A stretch of 63,304 bases of DNA, counting the filler. It is 7 parts of 7 records of this genome, joined end to end, with 100 filler letters (N's around TTAATTAATTAA, not from the genome) between each part and the next. Parts side by side here need not be neighbours in the genome. Positions count along the whole stretch, not along the records: positions 1 to 22,614 come from SRR20825010_1656; positions 22,715 to 34,911 come from SRR20825010_1662; 5 more parts are not named here. One strand, 5' to 3'. The notes under the pieces are model-generated. The model worked only from the letters and a program-made list of their open reading frames with translations, was not told where the DNA came from and did no database searches. The position numbers and the translations under genes are program-made. Position 1 is the stretch's first letter. Each line of letters starts with the position of its first letter. Below are positions 19,438 to 29,746 of the stretch, piece by piece.

Positions 19438-20165
19438 CCGAGCAAGGACGGCAGCAACAGGTCGTCGTTACCCGCCCTGCGGGCCAGCAGCAACGGCTGA
19501 TGGCCCTGCTTGTGGAGGCGGGATTTCAGCCCCTTCACCAGCCGGCGCTGATAATAGAGCCGGTGCCGGTGGATGGCGCCATGCAACGCACTCTGATGGA
19601 GCTGGACCGTTATCACGCGGTGTTTTTTGCCAGCGTGAATGCTGCCCGGTTGGCCTTGTCCGCCATGGCGGACCTGTGGCCTCAGTGGCCGGTGGGTGTG
19701 CACTGGCTGGCGGTGGGGCGGGCTACGGCGGCGGAGCTGGCATCCTGGCACTTGCCCGCCACGGTGCCGGAACACGGCTTTAATTCCGAAGCGGTGCTGG
19801 CGTTGCCCTGCCTGCAACAGCTGCACGAAAAACAGGTGCTGATCTGCCGGGGCGACAGCGGCCGTGAGTTGTTAGCGCAAAGCCTGGAAGCGCGGGGCGC
19901 CCGTGTTGATGCGCTGGCCTTTTACCGGCGCCATGGGGTCAGCGGCATTACCCTTTCGGCCCAGACCGACTGGGTGATGATTACCAGTGTGCAGGGCTGG
20001 CAGGCGCTACAGGCAGCGTTGCCTGCAGGCTGCGGGGTGGTAGCGGCGGGGGCACGGGTGGCGGCGGCAGTACAGGCCAGCCACGGTGGCCCTGTGCGGG
20101 TGGCAGCCAGTGCCCATGACGAAGATATGCTGGCGGCACTGGTCGCTGGCGACGCCGGGCGTTAA
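19434..20165 (+). CDS. hemD: Uroporphyrinogen-III synthase
   Basis: [31 protein letters not shown] overlap with hemC. Confidence 0.9.
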   Translation: MTEQGRQQQVVVTRPAGQQQRLMALLVEAGFQPLHQPALIIEPVPVDGAMQRTLMELDRYHAVFFASVNAARLALSAMADLWPQWPVGVHWLAVGRATAAELASWHLPATVPEHGFNSEAVLALPCLQQLHEKQVLICRGDSGRELLAQSLEARGARVDALAFYRRHGVSGITLSAQTDWVMITSVQGWQALQAALPAGCGVVAAGARVAAAVQASHGGPVRVAASAHDEDMLAALVAGDAGR

Positions 20166-20374
20166 GGCAAGCCCCTTCTTCTTTCGCTGTCTCAGGCTGT
20201 GCCCCGGAGGATCCCCCGGCCGCGATGAACCTTTTTACCCGATCTAACCGTTAATGATTGGACAGCAATGGGCGCTCACTTTAAGGTTTTTGCAATGCTA
20301 TCGGGTATCGCCACACCGGGGGTGCAAGGGGGGAGAGACTCCGCACGCCTCACTATGACAACAACGGAGCTGAC

Positions 20375-21340
20375 ATGACGCAGGATCGTCCTTTTTCCCG
20401 CCAGGCCGGGGTAAGCCTTTTGACTGTGCTGCTGGTACTGGTGGTGCTGGCTGCACTTGGGGCGGCTGGCTGGTGGGGGTGGCAGGAGTTCACCCGGCTG
20501 AAAAGCGAAAAAAGCAGCCTGGCGGATCAGGTGACGACCGTGAAGGACGAGTTGGCCAGTCAGCGAGCCCAGGTGCAAGCGGCCCTGTCCGGGCTGGAGA
20601 AAGAACAGACCAAGCTGGCGGCACAAATGACCAAAGACCGCGCGGCCCTGACCGACCTGAAAAGCGGTGGGCAGCGCCTGTGGCTGATCAATGAGGCGCG
20701 AGCCCTTGCGAGCTTGGCCAGCCAGCGTTTGTTGCTTACTCAGGATGCGCTGGCCGCGCGCCGGCTGCTGAAGGCCGCAGACGAAACCCTGGCCCGCCTG
20801 GATGATCCCGCCGTGCTGCCGGCCCGCAAGGCGCTGGCACTGGACATGGAAACCCTCAGTGGCGCCAGCCAGGTGGACGTGCAGGGCATGGTGCTGCGCC
20901 TGGGTGCCTTGCGTGAGCTGGTCGCCGAGTTGGCGGTACCCGCGGAGGCATCGCCCCCGGAGCGAGCTACCCCGGATGTGGATCAAGCCTGGTGGCAGGA
21001 CGTGCTGGACCGGATGCCAGTGACGGTACGTCGCCATGAAGGGGCGGTACCGCTGCCGTTGTCGGGCGAGCAGGCCTCGCTGGTGCGTCTGACGTTGGAC
21101 GGCAGTCTGCAGCAGGCACAGCTGGCGTTGATGCAGGGGCGCGCTGAGGCCTATGGTCAGGCCGTCGAAAATGCCCGCAGCACCCTGAAACAATGGTTCC
21201 GGGACGATGATCCCCGTGCCGCACAAATGCTGGCGACCCTGAAAGAAATGGGCGGCGCCAGTGTGGCCCAGGCCCTGCCCCAGATTGGTAATGGGCTGGC
21301 GGCTATCGAAGCCCTTAAGCGCAAGGAGGGCGGCGCATGA
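20375..21340 (+). CDS. hemX: HemX family membrane protein
   Basis: N-terminal TM, coiled coil, WLINEARALASLASQRL; hemCDXY order. Confidence 0.85.
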   Translation: MTQDRPFSRQAGVSLLTVLLVLVVLAALGAAGWWGWQEFTRLKSEKSSLADQVTTVKDELASQRAQVQAALSGLEKEQTKLAAQMTKDRAALTDLKSGGQRLWLINEARALASLASQRLLLTQDALAARRLLKAADETLARLDDPAVLPARKALALDMETLSGASQVDVQGMVLRLGALRELVAELAVPAEASPPERATPDVDQAWWQDVLDRMPVTVRRHEGAVPLPLSGEQASLVRLTLDGSLQQAQLALMQGRAEAYGQAVENARSTLKQWFRDDDPRAAQMLATLKEMGGASVAQALPQIGNGLAAIEALKRKEGGA

Positions 21341-22569
21341 AGAAAGTCGTCCTGCTGATTATTGTCGCCCTGGTTGCCGCCCTGGCGCTGGGGCGCTGGA
21401 TGGCGGCGGATTCTGGTTATGTGCTGATCATCCGTGACTCCGTGTCGGTGGATACCACCTTGGGGTTTGTGGTGCTGATGGCCCTGCTTGGCGCGGTGGC
21501 GTTGGTGGTGCTGACCTTGCTGGGCAATGCGGCCTGGAATGCCATGGAGCCAGTACGCGCTACCCGCCGCTGGAAAAAAGCGGTGGCAGAGCGCCGTTTG
21601 CGCAGTGGTTTTTTGCAGCTGGTGGATGGCGAACAGGAAAAGGCGGAACGCCTGCTGGTGGCCGCCGGTGAGGATGGTGACTGGCCGTTGGTGGCCTGGT
21701 TGCTGGCGGCACAAGCTGCCCAGGAACAGGACAAGGTAGAGGCATCGCAGCACTATCTGGAACAGGCCAGCACTGACCGGCGTGGCCGCCTGGTCGCCGG
21801 CCTGATGAAGGCGCGCTTCGCTCTGGATGACGGTTACCCGGAGCAGGCTCGCAGCGAGTTGAAGGTGCTGGCGGACATGGCGCCGCGCAACAAGCGTATT
21901 CTCAATACCTATGCCGACGTGCTGGAAAGCCAGAAGGACTGGCAGACCCTGTGTGCCCTGATGCCGCGCTTGAAGCGGGCCTTTGGTGAGGCCAACCAGA
22001 TTCGTCGTGAGCGCCGGGCCTGGTTGGCATGGCTGCAGGAAACCGCCCGCAAGCCGGGCTTCAATGACGCCGATAGTCGTCGGGATGAACTGCGCAAGCT
22101 GTGGAAAGATGTGCCAGTGTCATTGAAGAACGACCCGGCCATGGTGGCGCGTTATGCCGGTTTTCTGGCCCAACTGGGTGGCGGCCGCGGTGCCCTCAAC
22201 CTGGTCCGCGAGCAATTGGGCCACCAGTGGGACGACCGGTTGCCGCCGGTGCTGGAAGCTATCGATGATATTCCCCCGGACGATCTGCTGCAGGTGCTGG
22301 AAAAGTGGCTGGCGGAACGGCCGGGCAATGCGGCGGTGTTGATCACGGCCGGGCGCGTTGCACTGAAAGCGCGTCTGTGGGGCAAGGCCCAGGGCTTTTT
22401 CGAGGCCGCGGCCAATTCCAGCCAGAGTGCTACAGCGCTGGCAGAACTGGCGCGCCTGTACCGGGCGCTGGGGGATTCCAGCAAGGCCATGTCTGCCTTC
22501 GATCGCCGTATGGCGCAACTGGAAGGCAGCCTGCCGGCCTTGCCGTTACCTGATAAAAGCGTGCAGTAG
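21337..22569 (+). CDS. hemY: HemY (heme biosynthesis-associated TPR protein)
   Basis: DSGYVLI motif, two N-terminal TMs, TPR-like C-terminus; ATGA overlap with hemX. Confidence 0.88.
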   Translation: MKKVVLLIIVALVAALALGRWMAADSGYVLIIRDSVSVDTTLGFVVLMALLGAVALVVLTLLGNAAWNAMEPVRATRRWKKAVAERRLRSGFLQLVDGEQEKAERLLVAAGEDGDWPLVAWLLAAQAAQEQDKVEASQHYLEQASTDRRGRLVAGLMKARFALDDGYPEQARSELKVLADMAPRNKRILNTYADVLESQKDWQTLCALMPRLKRAFGEANQIRRERRAWLAWLQETARKPGFNDADSRRDELRKLWKDVPVSLKNDPAMVARYAGFLAQLGGGRGALNLVREQLGHQWDDRLPPVLEAIDDIPPDDLLQVLEKWLAERPGNAAVLITAGRVALKARLWGKAQGFFEAAANSSQSATALAELARLYRALGDSSKAMSAFDRRMAQLEGSLPALPLPDKSVQ

Positions 22570-22585
22570 TGTTGAATGTCGTTTT

Positions 22586-22614
22586 GTCGGGTTACGCCGC
22601 TACGCGGCTAACAC
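22586..22614. repeat. REP-like palindrome at contig end
   Basis: GTCGGGTTACGCCGCTACGCGGCTAACAC: nested stem-loop after hemY, cut by the gap. Confidence 0.5.
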
Positions 22615-22714
22615 NNNNNNNNNNNNNNNNNNNNNNNNNNNNNNNNNNNNNNNNNNNNTTAATTAATTAANNNNNNNNNNNNNNNNNNNNNNNNNNNNNN
22701 NNNNNNNNNNNNNN
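22615..22714. other. Artificial contig spacer
   Basis: N44-TTAATTAATTAA-N44; the linker has stops in all six frames. Confidence 0.99.
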
Positions 22715-22715
22715 G

Positions 22716-22796
22716 GTGGGCACGCAGTTCCACCCGGAAAAGAGTCAGGCCGTTGGCCTCAGGCTCCTGAGTGCGTTTTTGGAGTGGAAACCATGA
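22716..22796 (+). CDS. hisH: Imidazole glycerol phosphate synthase HisH, 3' end only
   Basis: [30 protein letters not shown] overlap with hisA. Confidence 0.9.
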   Translation: MGTQFHPEKSQAVGLRLLSAFLEWKP

Positions 22797-23515
22797 TTAC
22801 CGTTTATCCTGCCATTGACCTCAAGGACGGCAATTGCGTTCGCCTTTTCAAAGGCGATATGGACGCTGCGACCATCTTCAGCGACAACCCGGCGGCGCAA
22901 GCCAAGGAGTTTGAAGATGCAGGCTGCACGTGGCTGCATCTGGTGGACCTGAACGGCGCGTTCGCGGGCGCACCGGTGAATGCCGCCGCCGTTGAGGCCA
23001 TTCTGGGCACGGTGAAAATCCCGGTTCAGCTTGGCGGCGGCATCCGCGATATTGCGACCATGGACCGCTGGTTAGACGCTGGCATTTCGCGCCTTATCCT
23101 CGGCACGCTCGCGGTCAAAAACCCCGCGCTTGTGAAAGAGGCCTGCAGGCTTTTCCCCGGCAAGGTCGCCGTGGGCATTGACGCCAAGGGCGGCATGGTT
23201 GCTGTGGAAGGCTGGGCGGAAGCCAGTGAAGTGGAAGTGGCTGAGCTTGCCGTGCAGTTTGAGGACGCAGGTGTTGCCGCCATCATCCACACCGATATCG
23301 ACCGCGACGGCACGCTCACCGGCGTCAATGCGGAAGCCTCATCTGCGCTCGCGAACGCCGTCTCGATCCCTGTGATCGCATCCGGCGGGGTGAAAGACAT
23401 GGACGACATCACCCGTGTGAAAACCGCTGGCAACCTTGAAGGCGTGGTCACCGGCCGCGCGATTTATGACGGACGGCTGGACCTCAAGGCCGCGCTGGAG
23501 CTTGCAAAATGCTGA
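22793..23515 (+). CDS. hisA: ProFAR isomerase
   Basis: [39 protein letters not shown]. Confidence 0.97.
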   Translation: MITVYPAIDLKDGNCVRLFKGDMDAATIFSDNPAAQAKEFEDAGCTWLHLVDLNGAFAGAPVNAAAVEAILGTVKIPVQLGGGIRDIATMDRWLDAGISRLILGTLAVKNPALVKEACRLFPGKVAVGIDAKGGMVAVEGWAEASEVEVAELAVQFEDAGVAAIIHTDIDRDGTLTGVNAEASSALANAVSIPVIASGGVKDMDDITRVKTAGNLEGVVTGRAIYDGRLDLKAALELAKC

Positions 23516-24267
23516 AAGCACGCATCATCCCCTGCCTCGATGTGAAGGACGGCCGGGTCGTGAAAGGCGTTAACTTTGTCGACCTCATCGACGCTGGTGA
23601 CCCGGTGGAACAGGCGCGTGTGTATGACGCCGCAGGCGCGGACGAGCTGACCTTCCTTGATATCACTGCCTCCAGCGAGCGGCGGGATATCCTCCTCGAT
23701 GTCGTAAGCCGCACGGCGGAAGCCTGCTTCATGCCGCTCACCGTGGGTGGTGGTGTGCGAACGGCGGAAGACGTGCGCAAGCTGTTGCTGGCAGGCGCAG
23801 ACAAGGTCTCAGTGATGACCGCAGCGGTAAACCGCCCGGCGCTGATCGGTGAACTGTCTGAAAAATTTGGTGCCCAGTGCATCGTGGTGGCGGTTGATGC
23901 CAAGGAAGTTGGGCCAGACAAGTGGGAAGTTTTCACCCACGGTGGCCGCACAGCCACGGGCATTGACGCGGTTGAGTATGCCAAGGAAGCCGCGCGCCTT
24001 GGCGCGGGTGAGATCCTGCTCACCAGCATGGACCGGGACGGCACGCGGGAGGGTTTCAACCTCGAACTAACCCGTGCAATCTCTGATGCAGTGAGCATTC
24101 CGGTGATCGCGTCCGGCGGTGTTGGCACGCTTGACCATCTGGTTGAAGGGGTGCGAGACGGCCATGCCTCTGCGGTGCTGGCGGCCTCGATTTTCCACTT
24201 TGGGGACCACACGATCGCGGAGGCAAAAGCCCATATGGCAAACGCGGGAATAGCTGTTAGGCTATAA
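23509..24267 (+). CDS. hisF: Imidazole glycerol phosphate synthase cyclase subunit
   Basis: [34 protein letters not shown]. Confidence 0.98.
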   Translation: MLKARIIPCLDVKDGRVVKGVNFVDLIDAGDPVEQARVYDAAGADELTFLDITASSERRDILLDVVSRTAEACFMPLTVGGGVRTAEDVRKLLLAGADKVSVMTAAVNRPALIGELSEKFGAQCIVVAVDAKEVGPDKWEVFTHGGRTATGIDAVEYAKEAARLGAGEILLTSMDRDGTREGFNLELTRAISDAVSIPVIASGGVGTLDHLVEGVRDGHASAVLAASIFHFGDHTIAEAKAHMANAGIAVRL

Positions 24268-24268
24268 A

Positions 24269-24379
24269 ATGTGTGGCGAAACACCCCAAATGTGTGGCTG
24301 GTATGAGGCGTATGTGTGGCGTATCTGTAGGCAGGTATGCGGCGCATGTGTGGCGCATGTGCGGCGAAAAGTGAGGCAT
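24269..24379. repeat. Degenerate tandem array of ATGTG(T/C)GGCG-like units between hisF and hisE
   Basis: About 9 copies of 9-14 nt, including ATGTGTGGCG (24269), ATGTGTGGCT (24290), ATGTGTGGCG (24312) and later ATGTGTGGCG and ATGTGCGGCG. Confidence 0.8.
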
Positions 24380-24384
24380 AAACA

Positions 24385-24723
24385 GTGACAGACAATCAAA
24401 ACAGCGTAGGCGATACCCTGACCCGGCTTGAAGCCCTTCTTGAGGGTCGCAAGGGTGCCTCAGCGGATGAAAGTTATGTTGCGCGGCTTTACCATAAAGG
24501 TGCCAAAAAGATCGCGCAAAAGGTAGGGGAAGAGGCCGTCGAGGTTGCGATGGCCACCGCAAGCGGCGACGATAAGGAGCTGGTAAGCGAAAGCGCCGAC
24601 CTTATGTTCCACCTGATGGTGCTCCTCAGTGCCAAGGGCCTGTCGCTCAGCGATGTGACAGACGAGCTTGCGCGCCGCGAAGGGCTATCGGGCCTGACCG
24701 AGAAGGCGAACCGCGAAACCTGA
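24385..24723 (+). CDS. hisE: Phosphoribosyl-ATP diphosphatase
   Basis: [36 protein letters not shown]. Confidence 0.96.
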   Translation: MTDNQNSVGDTLTRLEALLEGRKGASADESYVARLYHKGAKKIAQKVGEEAVEVAMATASGDDKELVSESADLMFHLMVLLSAKGLSLSDVTDELARREGLSGLTEKANRET

Positions 24724-24751
24724 TTTGAGAGAGCAAGAAAGGCAAACCGCA

Positions 24752-25813
24752 ATGACCGTAAAGCTGAAAACCTTCACCCTGATCTGCGCGAGCCTGACAG
24801 CCCTCTCCCTCACTGCCTGCGAGCAAAAGAGTGAGCAGAAAACTGCCGCCACGGAAAACCAAACCCCCGGCACCGCAACTCCTATCACCAACCCGGGTGG
24901 CCTCAAGTTCCCGCTTGACTGCACGCTCGGCGATACCTGCCTCATCGCCCGTTATGTAGACCGGGGCGCGGGCGCTGATAGTGCTGCGACCGATTACCGC
25001 TGCATGGGCGAAACCCAAAAGGACCACAAGGGCGTGGATATCGCGCTCCGGCATATGGGCATGATGGAAACAGGCGTTGATGTGCTTGCGGTCGCGGACG
25101 GTACCATCCTGCGCCGCCGCGACGGCGTGGCTGACATCTCAGCCCGGCAGCTGGATGAAAGCGATATCGACGGCAAGGAATGCGGCAACGGTATCGTGCT
25201 CCAACATGAAGATGGCCGCCAAAGCCAATATTGCCACCTGAAAAACGGCAGCCTCACGGTGGGTGAGGGCGCGAGCGTGAAGGCGGGCCAGAAGCTCGGG
25301 CAGGTGGGCCTCTCGGGCGAGACGGAATACCCCCACCTTCACTATATGCTGCGCGAGGGTGGTGAGATCATCGACCCCTTTGATGGCCGCAAGATGAGCG
25401 ACACCTGCACCGCGACCAGTGAGGATGACGAGAGCCAATGGGCCGCAACGCCCGCTTACGAGCCGCTGGTGCTGATCGGCATCCGCATATCAGACGCCCC
25501 GCCTGAGCGCGCAGATATCTGGCTGGCGCCGAATGAGAGCATCCGCCGCACAGCGCCCGCGCTGGTGATGACAACCCACGCTTTTCATGCCCGCGAGGGG
25601 GACGTCTGGGCCATGAAGCTCAAAGACCCCATGGGCCGCACCTTCGCCGAAAAAACTGAAACGCTGGACCGAGACCGCCAGTTTATCTACCGCTTCATTG
25701 GCCGCAAGCGCCCCGGAAGCGGCTTCACCCCCGGCATCTGGACCGCAGAGATCAAAGCCTCCCGCGATGGCGCGGAAAGCAAAACCCTGCGCACCGAGTT
25801 TCGGGTGGAGTAA
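24752..25813 (+). CDS. M23 family metallopeptidase lipoprotein
   Basis: Lipobox LTAC; HKGVD (HxxxD), YCHL, GLSG and PHLH (HxH). Confidence 0.88.
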   Translation: MTVKLKTFTLICASLTALSLTACEQKSEQKTAATENQTPGTATPITNPGGLKFPLDCTLGDTCLIARYVDRGAGADSAATDYRCMGETQKDHKGVDIALRHMGMMETGVDVLAVADGTILRRRDGVADISARQLDESDIDGKECGNGIVLQHEDGRQSQYCHLKNGSLTVGEGASVKAGQKLGQVGLSGETEYPHLHYMLREGGEIIDPFDGRKMSDTCTATSEDDESQWAATPAYEPLVLIGIRISDAPPERADIWLAPNESIRRTAPALVMTTHAFHAREGDVWAMKLKDPMGRTFAEKTETLDRDRQFIYRFIGRKRPGSGFTPGIWTAEIKASRDGAESKTLRTEFRVE

Positions 25814-25917
25814 CCCCACCCTCACAACCATTGCACGAAGGTTATGTACAAGAGGATGTCCCGCCCCTAGTATCCCCACAAGCCTAGGCGAAACGCCAAC
25901 GGTTGATGGGGGAATTG

Positions 25918-26730
25918 ATGCGATTTATATTGGTAATATCAACGCTTCTGCTTGTTGGCTGCGCAGATGAAAGCCTTGAGGATATCCCAAGTTTCAAGGA
26001 TTGCAGCGAATGCCCTGAAATGGTTGTGATCCCTGCCGGACAGTTCATGATGGGAGCACGCGACTATGACAAGCAAGCCCGCATGGCCGTTGAAGGGCCT
26101 GCACGACCCGTCACAATCCCGGAGAGTTTCGCGCTCGGCAAATATGAAGTCACCTATGCGCAGTTTAAAGCATGCGTGGATGACAGCGGCTGTGCATCGC
26201 TGCCCCCCAAACAAGGGTGGGAGGCAGACACCATGCCGATCGCGGGTGTTAGCTGGCAAGAGGCGCAAGACTATGTTGTCTGGCTGAGCCGGAAAACCGG
26301 GTTTCAGTACAGCCTGCCCTCTGAAGCGGAGTGGGAGTATGCAGCTCGCGGCGGCACCACCACAATATATTGGTGGGGTGACGAAATTGGTACAAATAAC
26401 GCCAAATGCACGGACTGTGACGGCGGGGGTAGATTTAGTACTGCCACCAGAGTTCCTTCTGTCGTCGGTAGTTATGCAGCCAATCCGTTCGGAATATATG
26501 ACACCTTAGGTAACGTTTCTGAGTATGTGGCTGACTGCTTTAGCAACTCACTCGAGGCACTGCCGCCTAATGGCTTGCCGCATTTGTCTGATAAGTGTGA
26601 GCTGCGGGCATTCCGAGGTGGCAGCTTCGGTGAGGCGAGCAACAGAAATGTCAGAGCTAGCGCTCGACAGGCCACTCCGTTTTTTTTCCACGGGAAGCAG
26701 ATGGGTTTGCGTGTCAAACGAGAGCTTTAA
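25918..26730 (+). CDS. FGE-sulfatase (SUMF1/CLec-fold) domain lipoprotein
   Basis: Lipobox LVGC; FKDCSECPEMV, LPSEAEWEYAARGG, NPFGIYDTLGNVSE, RGGS. Confidence 0.9.
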   Translation: MRFILVISTLLLVGCADESLEDIPSFKDCSECPEMVVIPAGQFMMGARDYDKQARMAVEGPARPVTIPESFALGKYEVTYAQFKACVDDSGCASLPPKQGWEADTMPIAGVSWQEAQDYVVWLSRKTGFQYSLPSEAEWEYAARGGTTTIYWWGDEIGTNNAKCTDCDGGGRFSTATRVPSVVGSYAANPFGIYDTLGNVSEYVADCFSNSLEALPPNGLPHLSDKCELRAFRGGSFGEASNRNVRASARQATPFFFHGKQMGLRVKREL

Positions 26731-26754
26731 ATAACCAGGTGTTCGGAGAAATCA

Positions 26755-27525
26755 ATGGTTAAACCAAGCCATATCATCGCGCTTTTTCTGGTACCCGCCC
26801 TGTTTGTGGGTGGGTTTCTGCTGTACGGCAAAATAAAAGGCGAACCGTTCAGGCCAGCAAGCCCTTGGGAGACCTCCGCCAAAACCGTTGACGCAAGAAT
26901 GGAGGGGGTAACATTTCATATTCCCGGCAATCACCTCCGGTCGTTACTGGAGCTTAGTGATCGGAAACCAGACGAGTTAGCAAACGGCTTCATGGTGCAT
27001 GCCCTTATGCCTGACTTTTTACCTTTCTCTTATGAGCACAAGAACGACTTCATCGCCGAGGGGCAATTGAAGAAGGTAGTATACGTATCCATCGAACGCC
27101 TGTGTTCGGGGCGGGGGCGTCGCACTGGGTTTGGCCCATGCACGACAAAGTCACGCCTCAAAGGAATTTTTGAAGCGTATGCAGAACCAACAGTTCCTGC
27201 GTTAGGCTTAGATGAACAGCAAACTGAGGTTGTGTCGGGTATGGAGTTTCTGGGCATAAGGGTGTCAACAACTACATCCGAAGCGGGACGATTTGAGGAT
27301 GATGTCTTCAGCGCATTGGACGAAAACGGATACAGGCAGTTGCTTATCTGTGGTCGGTTCGATAGGTGGCCAAATCCACAGTGTCACCTCAGGTATGCGT
27401 GGCGCGATAAGTTTCTGATTTCGATCAGGTTCGCGCGAGCGATGAAGGATGATTGGGCGGTCATCAGAGAGAAAGCAGATCATTTTTTCACTTCCGTAAG
27501 CGAATGGCCTGAAGAGGCAACATAA
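26755..27525 (+). CDS. Hypothetical membrane-anchored protein
   Basis: 256 aa, GGAG RBS, N-terminal TM, Cys pairs (ICGRFDRWPNPQC). Confidence 0.7.
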   Translation: MVKPSHIIALFLVPALFVGGFLLYGKIKGEPFRPASPWETSAKTVDARMEGVTFHIPGNHLRSLLELSDRKPDELANGFMVHALMPDFLPFSYEHKNDFIAEGQLKKVVYVSIERLCSGRGRRTGFGPCTTKSRLKGIFEAYAEPTVPALGLDEQQTEVVSGMEFLGIRVSTTTSEAGRFEDDVFSALDENGYRQLLICGRFDRWPNPQCHLRYAWRDKFLISIRFARAMKDDWAVIREKADHFFTSVSEWPEEAT

Positions 27526-27532
27526 CGCCGCA

Positions 27533-27886
27533 CTAAACCATCCTGCCACGCCCGAGGGTGAGCAGGTGAAAACTGAGGCCGAGAAGGCTGGCGCTTAGGA
27601 TAGGCGTGAGCCAGATGAGGGGGGCGGGTGCTGTATCCATCAGCCACAGGCACGCGGCGGCCATGACCAAAAACCCGCCGGTTGCGGCAGAGAACAGCAC
27701 ATGTCTGGTATAAAGCGGCTGCATCTGATAGCGGCGAAGGCGCAGGTAGATGAACACGCCCACAAGTGCGCCGCGCGCGGCCCAGCGCATGCCCGTGCCA
27801 TGTAAGCCTTCGGGCAACCATATGGCACCGCACAGCACCACTGCCATCACCAAACTGCCAGATAGAATATAAAGCTGCTTTTGCAT
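27533..27886 (-). CDS. Hypothetical 4-TM membrane protein
   Basis: 117 aa with four hydrophobic segments; fills the gap between flanking genes. Confidence 0.6.
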   Translation of the reverse strand: MQKQLYILSGSLVMAVVLCGAIWLPEGLHGTGMRWAARGALVGVFIYLRLRRYQMQPLYTRHVLFSAATGGFLVMAAACLWLMDTAPAPLIWLTPILSASLLGLSFHLLTLGRGRMV

Positions 27887-27945
27887 GGGCGCAGCTTAGG
27901 CTGCATAGCGCGGAAGCTGCAAACCTTTACTGGCCACCGGCCCGG

Positions 27946-29670
27946 CTAAAGCACGGTCTCGTTCACTGGGGTATTTACGAAATTATAGTTCGCTGGTGCA
28001 AAATTGGTGGCATCATGCACCATGGCGTTATCATATTCCTGCGCCGTTATCTGGAGAACCTTGGCGCGGTTGTCATCCTGCCCGAAGCTCATGAGATAGT
28101 TGCCGCCTGCGCGGGCCAGATTGCTGGCAAACTGCAGGAAGCTCGGGTTGTTCTGATCATACACCAGAAACGAATTGGAAAAGCGATTGAGCCGATAGGT
28201 GTTCGCCTCGATCTCGTAAAAAAAGCTGTAATAGAAACACGCCGGATGGAAAATGACGCGGTTGTCACCCCCGTTGCGCGGGTTGGGCAGCAGGTTGCCC
28301 TGCCACGGCGACACATTACCTTGTTGCAGGCTATAGGCCTCCGCAATGCGGCGGCTCAGGCTGCCACGAATAAAGTTCGACCGGATAGCATTGATGAAAG
28401 TATCACGGTCGTCGTCCGCGACCTGTCCGGGTTGCAGATTGCCGCCTGTGACCCCGTTCAGATAGGCCGCCACATATTGCTGGGCCGTATTGGGGTTTTG
28501 AACCAGATACTGCCCCACCGCCTGCACATAAGCATTGATGTTCATGAGCGCCTGATAGGCTTGATTGCCATTTTGCGGGCCATTCTGGTAGTTGGCCGCC
28601 TGCCCCGCCGCCAGCGCACAGACAACAATCTGACGCAGGTAAGCCATATAGTTGGCGTGCAACACCTTCACGTGGCCCACGCCTTGCCAACGGTTAACAC
28701 CGCCGTCCCATATCAGCGGGCCGCTGGATGAAAACACCGTAGGTGCAGGGCCGGGGAAAAAGCTCGCATAATACTGCTGCAACCTGAGGAAACAGTCTCG
28801 CGTGTTGTTGGTTTGTGGGTCTGTATTGGGTTGAAACTCTTCCGCGATAAAACGGTTGCCGCGCGGGAAATCATGCACCGCCTGCCCGCCAAGCCCGCGT
28901 ATGGCCCGCAGCATGGTGAAAGGCCGGTTGTTGGGTGTAACACCATACACAGCACACAGCGTGTCACCATCAAGGAAAAAGCCGTAGTTTTTCTCAAAAT
29001 TGCTGGAGACATTGCTGCCATAGTAGAACTCAGGCCCGATCCAGGCGTGATTGTTCCGGATTTCCACTTCGGTGATTTTGACAAAAAGCGACCGCTGCTG
29101 GGTGTTGATATCACCCGGCACCCAGGGAATGCGTTCGGGCGCATAACCTTTGTAGATGCGGTGTTGCGGCCCCGGCGCACCCCGAAAACTATCCGGCTGA
29201 TAGCGGTGGGAGTGGATGAAATAACGCCCGCTTGCCTCAAAGATGCGCGGGTCTTCATAGCCGTCTGTGTTGGGGATGATCTCGTCACCCAGAACCTGAA
29301 ATGCCTGCGCCGGGTTGGCAAGGTTGTTGGTGTCTATCTGGATGCGGGCGATGCCCACCCCGTCAAAATAGCGCCCGCCACGCCCATCCGGCACTTGCCC
29401 CTCAAGGGTGGCCTGACCCACAGGATAACCCCAGCCGGAGCCCCATGGTGTACCCGCCTGCCCCGGAAACAATGGTGCCGGGTTGGCAAAAACCCAGTTG
29501 TTCTGCGGGTTTTGCACCTTATGGACCATGGCGCGATACACCACCAGAAACTGCACATTATTGCCGTTCTGGCCGATCTGCACCCAGCTGTTGTTGAACT
29601 TGACCACCTGATTGCGGTTCACGCCCGGCAGGGTGGCTGGCAGTTGGGCTGTAAAGTCTATGTTCAGCAT
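27946..29670 (-). CDS. Hypothetical protein, predicted 5-bladed beta-propeller (GH130/GT91/GT108-like)
   Basis: 574 aa from ATG 29670 (AAGGA RBS); motifs FNNS, YR, GYEDPRIF, EKNY, GVGH, YSFFY, QFASNL, SFGQDD. Confidence 0.65.
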   Translation of the reverse strand: MLNIDFTAQLPATLPGVNRNQVVKFNNSWVQIGQNGNNVQFLVVYRAMVHKVQNPQNNWVFANPAPLFPGQAGTPWGSGWGYPVGQATLEGQVPDGRGGRYFDGVGIARIQIDTNNLANPAQAFQVLGDEIIPNTDGYEDPRIFEASGRYFIHSHRYQPDSFRGAPGPQHRIYKGYAPERIPWVPGDINTQQRSLFVKITEVEIRNNHAWIGPEFYYGSNVSSNFEKNYGFFLDGDTLCAVYGVTPNNRPFTMLRAIRGLGGQAVHDFPRGNRFIAEEFQPNTDPQTNNTRDCFLRLQQYYASFFPGPAPTVFSSSGPLIWDGGVNRWQGVGHVKVLHANYMAYLRQIVVCALAAGQAANYQNGPQNGNQAYQALMNINAYVQAVGQYLVQNPNTAQQYVAAYLNGVTGGNLQPGQVADDDRDTFINAIRSNFIRGSLSRRIAEAYSLQQGNVSPWQGNLLPNPRNGGDNRVIFHPACFYYSFFYEIEANTYRLNRFSNSFLVYDQNNPSFLQFASNLARAGGNYLMSFGQDDNRAKVLQITAQEYDNAMVHDATNFAPANYNFVNTPVNETVL

Positions 29671-29746
29671 GATGGGTGGTCCTTGTTGGGGGGCTCTTGC
29701 TCGGGGGTCATTTCCCTGTGGTTGGGGGCAGCTCGGGGGTTGGGTC

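Noticed and set aside
24268..24384. Possible mini CRISPR array
   Set aside because: Units of about 10 nt with no unique 25-40 nt spacers and no cas genes. Kept only as a tandem repeat.
25918..26730. FGE/CLec protein as a diversity-generating retroelement target
   Set aside because: I found no template repeat of its 3' end and no reverse transcriptase on the contig.
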